Source: an uncultured Desulfobulbus sp.
GTDB lineage: Bacteria; Desulfobacterota; Desulfobulbia; Desulfobulbales; Desulfobulbaceae
Assembly (NCBI GenBank): GCA_964639845.1
Contig: CAZXHS010000007.1
Location: 140,940-204,939 of the forward strand
Direction of reading: 5' to 3'
DNA length: 64,000 nucleotides
The notes beneath the pieces are model-generated. The model did not search any database. It had not been told where the DNA came from and saw nothing but the letters and a program-made list of their open reading frames with translations. Below are positions 9,904 to 21,862 of this stretch, in pieces. Positions within the stretch are counted from its first letter, which is position 1, and the number at the start of each line of letters is the position of its first letter. The position numbers were made by a program, and so were the translations under genes.

Positions 9904-10619
9904 GAGCTTGGATCACATCAGTTGTACGGCCGGCGCTGCTGGCCATCCTGATCGGAGTGATGCCGGTCGCACTTGCGCAGGCAAGTGAGGCGCCGGCGGG
10001 AGCCCCTCAGGAGGTGAAGGCGGATGCCCATGCGGCAGCGCCTGCGGCTGCCGGTCATGCGGCAGCTGTTGATGCCCACGGGGCCAAGGCCGATGCCGGT
10101 CACGGTGACGCGCACGGGAAATCGAAGTCCTTGTCCCCGGAGAAGTTAAAAGACCTGTTTTGGCGGACGGTCAACTTTCTGGCCTTGGTCGTCATTCTGG
10201 TCAAATTCGGCGCCAAGCCGATCATGTCCGGCTTGAGTGGCCGTCAACAGCAGATCCGCGAGGAACTGGATTCGCTCACCATACGTCGCGATGAGGCGGA
10301 GCAGGCCTACAAGGAATTCTCCTCCAAGCTCGCTGGCATGGAGCGGGAGATGGAAGTGATCGTTGAGAAGGCCATCGCCCAGGCACAGGTTGAGAAGGAG
10401 CGGATTCTGGCTGAGGCTGAAAAGGCCGCCGAGGACATCAAACGCCAGGCAGAAGCTGCGGTGCTTGCCGAGTTGGAAGATGCCAAGCGCGTACTGCGTG
10501 AGGAAGTCGCCGAGCAGGCTGCGGCCATGGCTGAGGAGTTGATCGTCAAGAATCTGACCTCTGCGGATCAGGTCGCGATCACTGAACAGTATCTTGAAAG
10601 AGTGGGTGCGGTACAGTGA
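9900..10619 (+). CDS. atpF: ATP synthase F0 subunit b with N-terminal extension
   Basis: WRTVNFLALVVILVKF TM plus coiled coil; Ala/His-rich N-terminal extension. Confidence 0.85.
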   Translation: MRAWITSVVRPALLAILIGVMPVALAQASEAPAGAPQEVKADAHAAAPAAAGHAAAVDAHGAKADAGHGDAHGKSKSLSPEKLKDLFWRTVNFLALVVILVKFGAKPIMSGLSGRQQQIREELDSLTIRRDEAEQAYKEFSSKLAGMEREMEVIVEKAIAQAQVEKERILAEAEKAAEDIKRQAEAAVLAELEDAKRVLREEVAEQAAAMAEELIVKNLTSADQVAITEQYLERVGAVQ

Positions 10620-11161
10620 GACATACAATATTAGCTCGTCGATATGCAAAAGCGCTCTTTTCGTTGGGGAAAGAGCAAGGGAAGACCAGTGATTACAGCG
10701 AAATGCTGACCGCGATTGCCTCGCTGTACGATGGTGAGAGCGGGGTGGGCGATGCCCTGAACAATCCGCTGTATCCGTTGGATGTTCGGCAGAAAGTTAT
10801 GGCCAAGATAGCAGAGTCCGTCCAGGCCGACGCGATCATGACCAGCTTTTTGAATCTGCTGATTGAGAAGAAGCGTGCCGATATTCTGCCCGACATCGCC
10901 AGCGAGTTGCAGGTGATGGTTGATATGGACCAGAATATCAGCCACGGCTCCATCATTTCCGCCATTGAGCTTGACCAGACCTTGCTGGGCAAGATTCAGG
11001 CAACTTTGGAAAAACTGACAGGAAATAAGGTTATACTTGAAACCCAGGTCGATCCGTCCATTATAGGCGGGATTATAGCCAAGGTTGGTGACTTGGTGCT
11101 GGACGGAAGTATAAAGACGCAACTGAATGGATTAAAGGAATCTATCAAGGGGAGAGAATAA
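10616..11161 (+). CDS. atpH: ATP synthase F1 delta subunit
   Basis: ARRYAKALF and VDPSIIGG...DGSIK. Confidence 0.95.
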   Translation: MRHTILARRYAKALFSLGKEQGKTSDYSEMLTAIASLYDGESGVGDALNNPLYPLDVRQKVMAKIAESVQADAIMTSFLNLLIEKKRADILPDIASELQVMVDMDQNISHGSIISAIELDQTLLGKIQATLEKLTGNKVILETQVDPSIIGGIIAKVGDLVLDGSIKTQLNGLKESIKGRE

Positions 11162-11164
11162 TCA

Positions 11165-12688
11165 ATGCAGATCAAAGCCGAAGAAATCAGCCAGATTATA
11201 AAAGATCAGATTGCTGGTTATAAGAATGACATCGACCTGAAGGAAACCGGCACCGTACTCTCCGTTGGTGACGGTATTGCACGCGTTTATGGCGTTGAAA
11301 ATTGCCAGGCCATGGAGCTGCTTGAGTTTCCTGGCGGCATTTTTGGTCTGGCCCTGAACCTTGAGGCGGACAACGTCGGTTGCGCCGTTCTTGGTGATGT
11401 ACGCGACATCAAAGAGGGTGACATCGTCAAGCGGACCGGCCGCATCGCTGAGGTTCCGGTTGGCCCTGAGATGGAAGGCCGCGTTGTTGACGGTATCGGC
11501 CTGCCCATCGATGGTAAGGGACCGATCAATGCCCAGGAAACCCGCAAGATCGAGGTGTTGGCCCCCGGCGTTATCGCCCGTAAAAGTGTACATGAACCCT
11601 GCTACACCGGTGCCAAGGCCGTTGACGCCATGACCCCGGTTGGTCGCGGTCAGCGCGAGCTGGTCATTGGTGATCGCCAGATCGGCAAGACCGCACTTTG
11701 CGTCGATGCCATCATCGCCCAGAAGAACACCGATGTTCATTGCATCTATGTAGCCATCGGCCAGAAGAAATCCACCGTAGCCCTGGTTGTTGAAAATCTG
11801 CGTAAGCATGGAGCCATGGAGTATACTACCGTGGTTGCCGCCTGCGCTTCCGATCCTGCGCCGATGCAGTATGTTTCCGCCTTCGCCGGTTGCGCCATGG
11901 GTGAGTATTTCCGTGACAAAGGCCAGCATGCCCTGATCATCTATGATGATCTTTCCAAGCAGGCCGTTGCCTATCGCGAGCTTTCCCTGCTGCTCCGTCG
12001 TCCTCCGGGACGTGAGGCCTATCCTGGCGACATCTTCTTCAACCACTCACGTCTGCTCGAGCGCGCATCCAAGGTGAGCGACGCCCTCGGCGCCGGCTCC
12101 CTGACCGCTCTGCCGATCATCGAGACCCAGGCCGGTGACGTTTCCGCCTTCATTCCGACCAACGTTATCTCCATTACCGACGGTCAGGTGTATCTGGAGC
12201 CGAACTTGTTCTTCGCCGGTGTTCGTCCCGCGATCAACGTCGGTCTCTCCGTCTCCCGCGTTGGTGGTGCTGCTCAGGTCAAGGCCATGAAGCAGGTCGC
12301 TGGTACACTGCGCCTCGACTTGGCTCAGTATCGTGAGTTGGCTGCCTTCGCCAGCTTCGGCTCTGATTTGGATGCCGCTACCCAGGCTCAGCTGACCCGT
12401 GGTGAGCGTTTGGTTGAGATCCTCAAGCAGCCGCAATATCAGCCGCTGCCCATGGAGAAGCAGGTCACCATCATCTTTGCCGGTACCAAAGGCTTTCTCG
12501 ATAAGTTCCCGGTTAACACCCTTGCTGACTACGAAAAGGAAATGTACAGCTATATTGAGACCAACGAGCCTTCCATTTTCAATGAACTGCGTGAGAAACA
12601 AGTCATTTCTCCCGAGTTGGAAGAGAAAATGAAAAAGACACTGGCAACCTTTGGTGATACCTTCAAGGCGACAAAGGGCCTGAACTGA
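11165..12688 (+). CDS. atpA: ATP synthase F1 alpha subunit
   Basis: GDRQIGKT and [12 protein letters not shown]. Confidence 0.98.
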   Translation: MQIKAEEISQIIKDQIAGYKNDIDLKETGTVLSVGDGIARVYGVENCQAMELLEFPGGIFGLALNLEADNVGCAVLGDVRDIKEGDIVKRTGRIAEVPVGPEMEGRVVDGIGLPIDGKGPINAQETRKIEVLAPGVIARKSVHEPCYTGAKAVDAMTPVGRGQRELVIGDRQIGKTALCVDAIIAQKNTDVHCIYVAIGQKKSTVALVVENLRKHGAMEYTTVVAACASDPAPMQYVSAFAGCAMGEYFRDKGQHALIIYDDLSKQAVAYRELSLLLRRPPGREAYPGDIFFNHSRLLERASKVSDALGAGSLTALPIIETQAGDVSAFIPTNVISITDGQVYLEPNLFFAGVRPAINVGLSVSRVGGAAQVKAMKQVAGTLRLDLAQYRELAAFASFGSDLDAATQAQLTRGERLVEILKQPQYQPLPMEKQVTIIFAGTKGFLDKFPVNTLADYEKEMYSYIETNEPSIFNELREKQVISPELEEKMKKTLATFGDTFKATKGLN

Positions 12689-12706
12689 GCACAAGGGTAA
12701 ATTCTT

Positions 12707-13582
12707 ATGCCTGGATTAAAGGATGTTAAAAATAAAATCAGCGGCGTGAAGAAAACCGCGCAGATTACCAAGGCCATGAACATGGTGGCCTCGGCGAAAC
12801 TGCGCGGCGCTCAGGAGAAGATGGAGCGCTTTCGTCCCTATGCCAGCAAATTCGCCGAAGCCATGCGCGATTTGTCTGGTGGGATGGAGAGCACCGATCT
12901 GCCCCTGATGGAGGTGCGCGAGGTCAAGACCGTCGAGATCGTGGTGGTCACATCTGATCGTGGCTTGTGCGGAAGTTTTAACGCCAACATCATCAAAACA
13001 GCCGAAAGGCTCAAAAAGCAGTACGAAGCTGAAGGAAAGAATGTCAGCGTTGTTACTGTGGGCAAGAAAGGGACCCAAGCCTTCAAGAAGTCAGGTAAGT
13101 TGCGCAAGTCCTTTGTCGATATCATGGGCTCTTTCCAGATGTTCAATGCCCGTGAGATCTCGCAGAATATCACCGAGGCCTTTTTGGCCGGTGAGAGCGA
13201 TCAGGTAGATATCGTCTACGGTAAGTTCCAATCGGTGGCTGTGCAGAGACCGACCACGGAAGAGCTGTTACCGATCAAGCCCATGGTAGCTGAAGAGGGG
13301 GCAGAGGTGAAAGCAGGAACCAGCGGTTCCTACACCTATGAGCCGGATCCGAATGAGATCATGGAAGTGTTGCTGCCCCTGTTTCTCAACGTACAAATCT
13401 ATCACGCCATGTTGGAAGTTGGCGCCAGTGAACATGCCGCTCGTATGACCGCCATGGACAACGCCACTAACGCATGTAAAGATATAATCACAGCCCTGAC
13501 CCGGCTGTACAACAAAGCCCGTCAGGCTGCGGTTACCGGCGAATTGATGGATATTGTCGGCGGCGCTGAAGCCCTTAAATGA
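12707..13582 (+). CDS. atpG: ATP synthase F1 gamma subunit
   Basis: QITKAMNMV, SDRGLCG, ARMTAM and RQAAVTGEL. Confidence 0.98.
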   Translation: MPGLKDVKNKISGVKKTAQITKAMNMVASAKLRGAQEKMERFRPYASKFAEAMRDLSGGMESTDLPLMEVREVKTVEIVVVTSDRGLCGSFNANIIKTAERLKKQYEAEGKNVSVVTVGKKGTQAFKKSGKLRKSFVDIMGSFQMFNAREISQNITEAFLAGESDQVDIVYGKFQSVAVQRPTTEELLPIKPMVAEEGAEVKAGTSGSYTYEPDPNEIMEVLLPLFLNVQIYHAMLEVGASEHAARMTAMDNATNACKDIITALTRLYNKARQAAVTGELMDIVGGAEALK

Positions 13583-13616
13583 TAATCTGATACCGTTTGG
13601 TATTTTACTGGTTTAG

Positions 13617-15050
<1,434 letters not shown>

Positions 15051-15080
15051 TCTGTTCTCTCTTGAACTGAGGTAAGAGCA

Positions 15081-15497
15081 ATGGCGCAAATTCAGTTAGA
15101 AGTAGTTACCCCGAGCGGAGCGGTTGTCAGTGAAGAGGTTGACATCGTCACTGCGCCCGGTGTGGGTGGTGAGTTTGGTGTACTTGCCAATCATGCTCCT
15201 TTTTTGAGTACCATCAAAACCGGCACACTCAGCTATAAGAAAGATCGAGTATCCAAATTTCTTATGGTCACCGGTGGATTTACTGAGGTATCCAACAACA
15301 AGGTTACTTTCCTCGTGGAGAGTGCCGAGTTCGGCAGCGATATTGATGTGGATCGGGCCATGCGGTCCAAGGAGAGGGCAGAAAAACGCCTGACCCAAGC
15401 GCAACAGGCCGCAGAGAAAATTAATCGGGTTCGGGCCGAGGCCGCATTACAGCGGGCAATGGCTCGCATCAGAACGGCGGAGTTAACCCGCCACTGA
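15081..15497 (+). CDS. atpC: ATP synthase F1 epsilon subunit
   Basis: LEVVTP and [11 protein letters not shown]. Confidence 0.95.
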   Translation: MAQIQLEVVTPSGAVVSEEVDIVTAPGVGGEFGVLANHAPFLSTIKTGTLSYKKDRVSKFLMVTGGFTEVSNNKVTFLVESAEFGSDIDVDRAMRSKERAEKRLTQAQQAAEKINRVRAEAALQRAMARIRTAELTRH

Positions 15498-15518
15498 TCG
15501 TCCGGTTTCACCTAGTTC

Positions 15519-15558
15519 CATAAAAAAGGCCGCCTTGTAAAAGGCGGCCTTTTTTATG
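15519..15558. terminator. Bidirectional intrinsic terminator
   Basis: CATAAAAAAGGCCGCCTT-GTAA-AAGGCGGCCTTTTTTATG, a perfect inverted repeat between convergent genes. Confidence 0.9.
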
Positions 15559-15744
15559 GGCTTTTTCCGTTGTTCGTTCATGTATCAAAAGCGATACGGA
15601 GACATCGGGTCAACCTAATAGCCTGCTGTATTCTCCGCTCTTTCCCCTCAGTGCTTGAACTGCTGTCGCAGTGACCACGTTAACTCTCCACTGGATGCCT
15701 GTCTGTTCTGTCACCACCACGGCAACAAATGAACTCATGTGCGT

Positions 15745-17667
15745 TTATTGCAGCCGGGCAGCGGCGTGATGGTGATCGATGTAGGCGACAATGCCTCCAG
15801 CTAATTGTTTGGCCAGTTGCTCAAGGTGAGTGTCATCTTGCAGCAGTTTAGCCTCGGCAGGGTTGGTAATGAAGGAGAGTTCAGCCAATATCGCCGGCAT
15901 CTCTGCGCCAATCAGCACATAGAAAGGGGCCTGCTTGACCCCAAGGTCACGGGCCTTATAAGTGGGTTTTAATCCGCTGATCAGGTTACTCTGAACGAAA
16001 CGGGCCAAACGTGATGATTCGTCGATCTTGGAATTGTTCATCAGTGAACTCAAGATATCCTGTAATTCACTAATGCTATGGTTGGATGAGGCGTTTTCCA
16101 GGGCAGCGACGCGCATGGCATCGGCATCGGTGGCCAGGTTAAGAAAATAGGTTTCGATGCCACTGCTAGCCTGATCGGCATGGGCATTGACGTGGATGGA
16201 GATGAACAGGTCCGCCTTATGAGAATTGGCCATGGCGGTACGTTTTTCAAGGGGAATGAACACATCCTTCGTTCGAGTGAGTACCACCTGATATTGCTGT
16301 GTTTGCTTGAGAATCGTGGCCAGCTTTTGCGCCACTTTGAGCACAATATCCTTTTCTTTAAGGCCAAAGGCCATGGCGCCCGGGTCTTTGCCTCCATGAC
16401 CTGGATCGATGACAATGGTTCGCACTCCAAGGCCAAGTTGTTGGGCGAGGGAGAGCTGTTCCTGTTTTCCTTTCCCTTTGGCGGTGGTTTTTGGGCTAGT
16501 AAGTATCTTTTTATGATCAGTTAATATCGGTAAATCGGGTGGCTGGATATTTTCTGGAGCCGTGGGGGAAGCCGTAGCCCCGGGTAAATCCTTGTCGGAT
16601 GGGGTTGAGGCCTCCGGTAATTTTTGAACAGTAGCTTCTCCATAGATATCGACGACAATACGAAAGGGATCTTGTAGCGTAAAGGCCTTGTATTCGGCAA
16701 AGGGTTGCAGATTGATCTTGAAGCGGACCAAGCCTGCTTCGACCTGGTTAGGCTGTATGCCCTTTAATAGCCCCTGTTCGATGGTTCGTCCTGTGCTAGC
16801 CTTGTCCTCCAGGGTACTTTGCTGAAGTTCAAGCAGCAGTTGGCCGGGTTGGTCAATACCTTTTTTTGCCGCATACGGCACAGGAGCGGAGGTCGCCACA
16901 ACTAAGCGGCTGTACTGGGCTGTCGACCAGAATTTTATCGGAGCAACCACTGCATAACTGCTTGCCGTTTTGACTGCTAACTGTTCGCGGGCGGAGGGAG
17001 GAGCGCCGGTTTGGGAACCCAGGGCAGGTGTTGGTTGGGCAGTCACCTGATCTGATGCGCCATCTGCTTTCGGTAAAGGCTTTGCTTCCTCAAGTTTCTT
17101 TTGTGCCTTAACGGCCTGATCTCCTTGAGGGTACTGGGCAAGGACCTGCGCATAGATTGCTTCAGCCGGTGCAGATTGCGAACCGGTACTTGAAAGAGTG
17201 GCTGCCTCGTAGAGTGCGTCGTCTGCCAAGTTGCTGCCCGGATAGAGATCGACAAACTCCAGATAGCGCTGCCGAGCGAGCTGTATATCGCCGTTTTTTT
17301 GGAAACGTTGGCCTTTGGCGCGGAGCACTTGAGCGCTCATGAAAAGAGCATTTGCTCCTAGCGTTTCTTTTTTGTGGCTGAGATGGAGCTGGTAAAACGC
17401 ATGTGCCAGCGTCTGCCATTGTTCTGCGTTCCTGGCGTTGCCTTTATCATCGTTCAACTGCACCAGTTGCTGCTTGAGGCTGGCGTACTGCTGTTCCGGC
17501 GTTAGTGTTGGGACAACATTTTTTTTGATGGTTGCTTTATGGGGGGCGGCTGATACCTGAGCAGGAGCAGCCGAGGCCAACAGCAGGCTCAGGGCACACA
17601 GGATGACCCTGGCGATCGTCCATGGACAAGCCTTGAACCTAGTGCTCAGTGGATGGGGTGTAGCCAT
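15745..17667 (-). CDS. N-acetylmuramoyl-L-alanine amidase (Amidase_3) with N-terminal TPR-like and AMIN-like regions
   Basis: IDPGHGGKDPGA, FISIHVNA and ILAELSF; signal peptide; YPGSNLADDAL TPR-like segment. Confidence 0.88.
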   Translation of the reverse strand: MATPHPLSTRFKACPWTIARVILCALSLLLASAAPAQVSAAPHKATIKKNVVPTLTPEQQYASLKQQLVQLNDDKGNARNAEQWQTLAHAFYQLHLSHKKETLGANALFMSAQVLRAKGQRFQKNGDIQLARQRYLEFVDLYPGSNLADDALYEAATLSSTGSQSAPAEAIYAQVLAQYPQGDQAVKAQKKLEEAKPLPKADGASDQVTAQPTPALGSQTGAPPSAREQLAVKTASSYAVVAPIKFWSTAQYSRLVVATSAPVPYAAKKGIDQPGQLLLELQQSTLEDKASTGRTIEQGLLKGIQPNQVEAGLVRFKINLQPFAEYKAFTLQDPFRIVVDIYGEATVQKLPEASTPSDKDLPGATASPTAPENIQPPDLPILTDHKKILTSPKTTAKGKGKQEQLSLAQQLGLGVRTIVIDPGHGGKDPGAMAFGLKEKDIVLKVAQKLATILKQTQQYQVVLTRTKDVFIPLEKRTAMANSHKADLFISIHVNAHADQASSGIETYFLNLATDADAMRVAALENASSNHSISELQDILSSLMNNSKIDESSRLARFVQSNLISGLKPTYKARDLGVKQAPFYVLIGAEMPAILAELSFITNPAEAKLLQDDTHLEQLAKQLAGGIVAYIDHHHAAARLQ

Positions 17668-17898
17668 GGGACAAAGCTCTCAATACAGTATCTTGAAGGG
17701 CAACTTCTGGAAGTTACCTTGGAAAAGTCCGGATATGCCCGCACTATACCGTGTTTGCACTCTAGAGTAAAAGAAATTGTACTTTCCGTCAGGTTAGTGG
17801 CCAAAAAATTGAAAAGAATGGCGCGGGAAGGGGTTGGGCGATAAAAAAAATTTTACCAACCAGATGGTGTGCTGTGGTCGTCACAAACTGGCAGATCG

Positions 17899-20559
17899 TC
17901 AATCTTTGGCAAGTTGAACGGCCTGATAGAGCAGTTCCAAGGCTTGCTTCGGTGTCAAGTCGTCCGGATTGATCGTTTGCAGCAGGGTTACAGCTGGTGA
18001 GGCAGACGGTGGAAAAAGAGTGAGTTGTTGGGGCGATTTTGTCTTGGTGCGTGAATGAACAGGGGCCTGAGGGGAAATGTGCGTAATATTGCTGATCTGT
18101 TCAATGCTTGCTAGGATTGTATGTGCCCGTTCGATAACGTGTTTAGGCACGCCAGCAAGCGAAGCGACTTGGATGCCGTAACTCCGGTTAGTCGCCCCTG
18201 GGACCAATTTATGTAAAAAGATGATGGTGTCGTTCCATTCCTTGACGGCAATGGAGTAATTCTGGATGCGGTCAAAACTGGCGGCTAGGTCTGTGAGCTC
18301 ATGATAATGGGTGGCAAAAAGGGTCTTTATGCCTTTTTGCCCCTTCTGTGCCAATTCTTCAGCCACTGCCCGCGCAATGGCCAAACCATCGTAGGTGGAG
18401 GTGCCCCGGCCGATTTCATCAAGGATCACCAGGCTGCTGGTAGTGGCGTTGTTGAGGATATTAGCAGTTTCGTTCATCTCCACCATAAAGGTGGATTGTC
18501 CCCGGCGCAGATCATCCATGGCGCCAACCCGGGTGAAAATACGGTCGACCAGGCAGATATCCGCTGATTCTGCAGGCACGAACGAACCGAGATGGGTCAT
18601 GAGCACGATCAACGCTGTTTGCCGCAGTACGGTTGACTTGCCAGCCATGTTGGGACCGGTGATGATCAACACCTCCTGCTGCTCCTGGTCCAGGTGTACG
18701 TCGTTTGGCACAAAGCGGCCCGGCGGTAGGCTGCGTTCGATCACCGGGTGGCGGCCTTCGCAGATGGTGATGTGGTGGTTTTGGTTCAGCTTGGGCCGGC
18801 AATAGCGGTGGCGGAGGGCCTGTTCGGCAAAACAGCTAAGCACGTCGAGTTGGGCCAGGATTTCGGCGATGTGGAGCAAACGTTGATCCTGACGGGTCAA
18901 CTGGTCGCGCACTTGCACAAAAAGGCTGTACTCCAGCTCCAGGCGACGATCTTGGGCAGTGAGAATGGAGTTTTCCAGTTCTTTCAGTTCCGGGGTGATA
19001 ACCCGTTCGGCGTTGACCAGGGTTTGTTTTCGGATGAAATATTCGGGAAGGGATTCAGCCTGACTGCGGCTGAGTTCGAAATAATAGCCAAATACCTTGT
19101 TGTATCCCACCTTGAGCTTGGCAATACCGGAGCGAGCTCGTTCTGCCTGCTCCAAATCAAGGATCATCTGTTTGCCATCGCGTAACAAGTGCAACAGGTG
19201 ATCCAGTTCTTCGTGATATCCCTCGCAAATGAGGTTGCCCTCCCGCAGGCTGATCGGCGCGTCATCGCGTATGGCCGTGTCGATCAGGGTGTGGACATCT
19301 TGTAACAGATCAAAGGAGGCGGTCAGCTCTCGCAGTAACGGGGTGGTGCAGCTGCTTAACAATTGATGGATGGCGGGAAGTTGCGCCAACGAGGTCTTGA
19401 TGGCACTGAGGTCGCGGGCATTGCCGTGGCCAAGGACCAGACGGCTGCATAACCGTTCGATATCGTAGATGGTCGCGAGCAACTGGTGCAGGTGCTTCCG
19501 CTCCTCGTTTTTATGCAGCAACTCCTCGACGCTATCGAGTCGGGCCTGAATGTGCGTCTGATCTTGCAGCGGGAAAAGCAGCCAGCGCCGCAACAATCGC
19601 GCTCCCATGGGGGTGATGGTCTGGTCGAGCGCCGCCAGTAACGAGCCCTGGCGTTGGCCGCCGACCAGGGTTTCGGTTAACTCCAGGTTGCGCCGTGAGG
19701 AGTCGTCGATGAGGAGAAAACCACTCTGGTGCAGGGGCGTGAGGTGCTTGATGTGGGCCAGATCCGATTTTTGCGTCTCGCGCAGGTATTGCAGCAGTGC
19801 CCCAGCGGCATGGATGGCTGCTGTGTAGTGATCACAGCCAAAACCGGCCAGATTAGCGATGCGGAAATGTTCGGTGAGGGTGGACAGGGCTGTCTGTGGG
19901 TCAAAATGAAAATCGGGGCGTGGAGTGAGGCAGAGTTTCCCGAGCTCCGCTTGCAGATCCTTGACCAGCGGCTGGAGTTCCTCAATCTGTGCTAGGGGCA
20001 GTAGCAGTTCGGCAGGGCGAAGACGGGTGCAGACATCGATGATTGCGTCGGGATGACGGAGTGAAAAATCCAACTCGGTAAGCTGGAAACGGCCGGTGGA
20101 GATGTCGACAAAGGCCAAGCCCGCGGTCATTTCCTTGGCAGATTTTTTCAGTACCGCCAGCGAGCAGACATAGCAGTCGGTCTTGGCATCAAGCAGTTGA
20201 TCATCAGTGGTCACGCCAGGAGTGACCACACGGATCACATCACGTTTGACAATGCCCTTGGCTTCCCTGGGGTCCTCCACCTGCTCGCAGATGGCCACGC
20301 GAAAACCTGCCTTGACCATCTTGCCTAGATACATGCTGACTGCATGATAGGGAACGCCACACATGGGGATTTTATTGACTTCGTCCTTATGGCTACGCGA
20401 GGTCAAGGTGATGCCGAGCACCTTGGCAGCCACTTCGGCATCCTCAAAAAACATCTCATAGAAATCGCCCATGCGATAAAAGAGAATGGTGCCGGGGTAT
20501 TGCTCTTTGATCTCCAGGTACTGCTGGAGCATGGGGGTGATTTTCGGGGCGGTACTCAT
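17899..20559 (-). CDS. mutS: DNA mismatch repair protein MutS
   Basis: GDFYEMF, TGPNMAGKST, DEIGRGTST and FATHYHEL. Confidence 0.98.
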   Translation of the reverse strand: MSTAPKITPMLQQYLEIKEQYPGTILFYRMGDFYEMFFEDAEVAAKVLGITLTSRSHKDEVNKIPMCGVPYHAVSMYLGKMVKAGFRVAICEQVEDPREAKGIVKRDVIRVVTPGVTTDDQLLDAKTDCYVCSLAVLKKSAKEMTAGLAFVDISTGRFQLTELDFSLRHPDAIIDVCTRLRPAELLLPLAQIEELQPLVKDLQAELGKLCLTPRPDFHFDPQTALSTLTEHFRIANLAGFGCDHYTAAIHAAGALLQYLRETQKSDLAHIKHLTPLHQSGFLLIDDSSRRNLELTETLVGGQRQGSLLAALDQTITPMGARLLRRWLLFPLQDQTHIQARLDSVEELLHKNEERKHLHQLLATIYDIERLCSRLVLGHGNARDLSAIKTSLAQLPAIHQLLSSCTTPLLRELTASFDLLQDVHTLIDTAIRDDAPISLREGNLICEGYHEELDHLLHLLRDGKQMILDLEQAERARSGIAKLKVGYNKVFGYYFELSRSQAESLPEYFIRKQTLVNAERVITPELKELENSILTAQDRRLELEYSLFVQVRDQLTRQDQRLLHIAEILAQLDVLSCFAEQALRHRYCRPKLNQNHHITICEGRHPVIERSLPPGRFVPNDVHLDQEQQEVLIITGPNMAGKSTVLRQTALIVLMTHLGSFVPAESADICLVDRIFTRVGAMDDLRRGQSTFMVEMNETANILNNATTSSLVILDEIGRGTSTYDGLAIARAVAEELAQKGQKGIKTLFATHYHELTDLAASFDRIQNYSIAVKEWNDTIIFLHKLVPGATNRSYGIQVASLAGVPKHVIERAHTILASIEQISNITHISPQAPVHSRTKTKSPQQLTLFPPSASPAVTLLQTINPDDLTPKQALELLYQAVQLAKD

Positions 20560-21062
20560 GCTGTTTTCCGGTCAAGAAGGGCCTGGAAATCGTCGAGCAG
20601 CAGGTCAAAGGTGTGCTCAATATGCTGGGGGATGGTGCGAATCTCTGCGCAGACGGTCATAAAGTTGTGGTCATTCTGCCAACGGGGTACCAGGTGGAAA
20701 TGGAGGTGGTCGGCGATGCCGGCACCGGCCACACTACCGAGATTGAGGCCGATGTTGATGCCGTCGGGTTTGAGGTGGCGGCGGATGATGGTGCAACTAT
20801 TAGCCAGCATTGCCATCAGCTGTAGGTTTTCTTCATCAGTGAGCTCGGTGAGATCAGCCACATGCCGCCGAGGAGCCACCAGGAGATGGCCGTTGGCATA
20901 GGGAAAACGATTGAGCAGGACCACCTTGGTTGCATCACGCAGCAACAGCAAGTTGGCTTTGTCGCAGGAGTGATCACCCGGTGGTTCAAAGATGCAGCCT
21001 GAAAAATGGGGCGCTGTACCGAGGACATGCTCCATGCGCCAAGGGGTCCAGAGTTGTTTCAT
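20556..21062 (-). CDS. HIT-family nucleotide hydrolase
   Basis: LWTPWR and AGAGIADHLHFHLVPRW histidine triad. Confidence 0.9.
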   Translation of the reverse strand: MKQLWTPWRMEHVLGTAPHFSGCIFEPPGDHSCDKANLLLLRDATKVVLLNRFPYANGHLLVAPRRHVADLTELTDEENLQLMAMLANSCTIIRRHLKPDGINIGLNLGSVAGAGIADHLHFHLVPRWQNDHNFMTVCAEIRTIPQHIEHTFDLLLDDFQALLDRKTA

Positions 21063-21556
21063 GGCAGTGCCGGGACTTCGTGAAGGGTGGCCAGTAACTG
21101 CTCGCCGATCTCCAGGATGGCATAGGTGCCGGGCGCTCCGTACCTGCCGGTACCGCGAAAGCTGCCGGGGTTAAGCATCAGCACCTGGCCAACGCGATGG
21201 CAGACTGGTTGATGAGTGTGGCCGTAGATCATGCAGTCCGCCTCGGGAAAATGCTGCCAAAGAGCATCTTCGATATCAAGTCCCAGGCCGGCGCCGTGGA
21301 TCAGTCCGATGGTAAAGGCACCGATGGCGAACATCTTTTTTGCAGGATAGAGTGCCCGTGTTGCACCATCGCAGATATTGCCATGGACAGCATGCACCTG
21401 TTTATCCGCAAAGACCGCCAAAACGCCGGGGCCAGTGATGTCGCCGGCGTGGATAATGACAGTACAGTCGTGAAAACAGTGCTGCACCTGTAGGCGAAAG
21501 CGATTGTCCGGCTCAAGAAGATGGGTGTCGGCGAGGACGCCAGCTCTGATGGTCAT
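21059..21556 (-). CDS. YfcE/MJ0936-family metallophosphoesterase
   Basis: DTH, HAGD, GN, GHTH and NPGS motifs. Confidence 0.85.
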   Translation of the reverse strand: MTIRAGVLADTHLLEPDNRFRLQVQHCFHDCTVIIHAGDITGPGVLAVFADKQVHAVHGNICDGATRALYPAKKMFAIGAFTIGLIHGAGLGLDIEDALWQHFPEADCMIYGHTHQPVCHRVGQVLMLNPGSFRGTGRYGAPGTYAILEIGEQLLATLHEVPALP

Positions 21557-21741
21557 GAAATGGCTCGGTCAAAAAGCATGAAAGAGGGTTGCTAAGGCCG
21601 CACTGTAAAAAAAATAGCCGGTTAAAACAAGAGCAGAGGAGGCTCGGGAGGGAGAAAGTGGCCTCCAGTGCAGGAAGCTGTTGAAAAATGCCCGATCTTT
21701 GCGTAAAATGGTGGGTTTCAAACGTACCGGTGAATAATAAC

Positions 21742-21839
21742 GTCATCGTAAAGAGTCAAAATGTGAGAAGTGACGCATCACAAAATCGATAAGTTGCGAA
21801 GCACGGGACGTCGTTCTCGTGGCTTTTTACGAGAACGAC
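21742..21839 (+). repeat. Inverted-repeat element in the efp leader (possible MITE/REP remnant)
   Basis: TCGTAAAGAGTCA...TGGCTTTTTACGA inverted repeat plus a perfect 11-bp hairpin GTCGTTCTCGT/ACGAGAACGAC. Confidence 0.5.
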
Positions 21840-21862
21840 AATAACGATTGAAGGAAATTTTT

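Noticed and set aside
15610..15740. 42-codon minus-strand ORF after the amidase
   Set aside because: No RBS or motif; consistent with chance.
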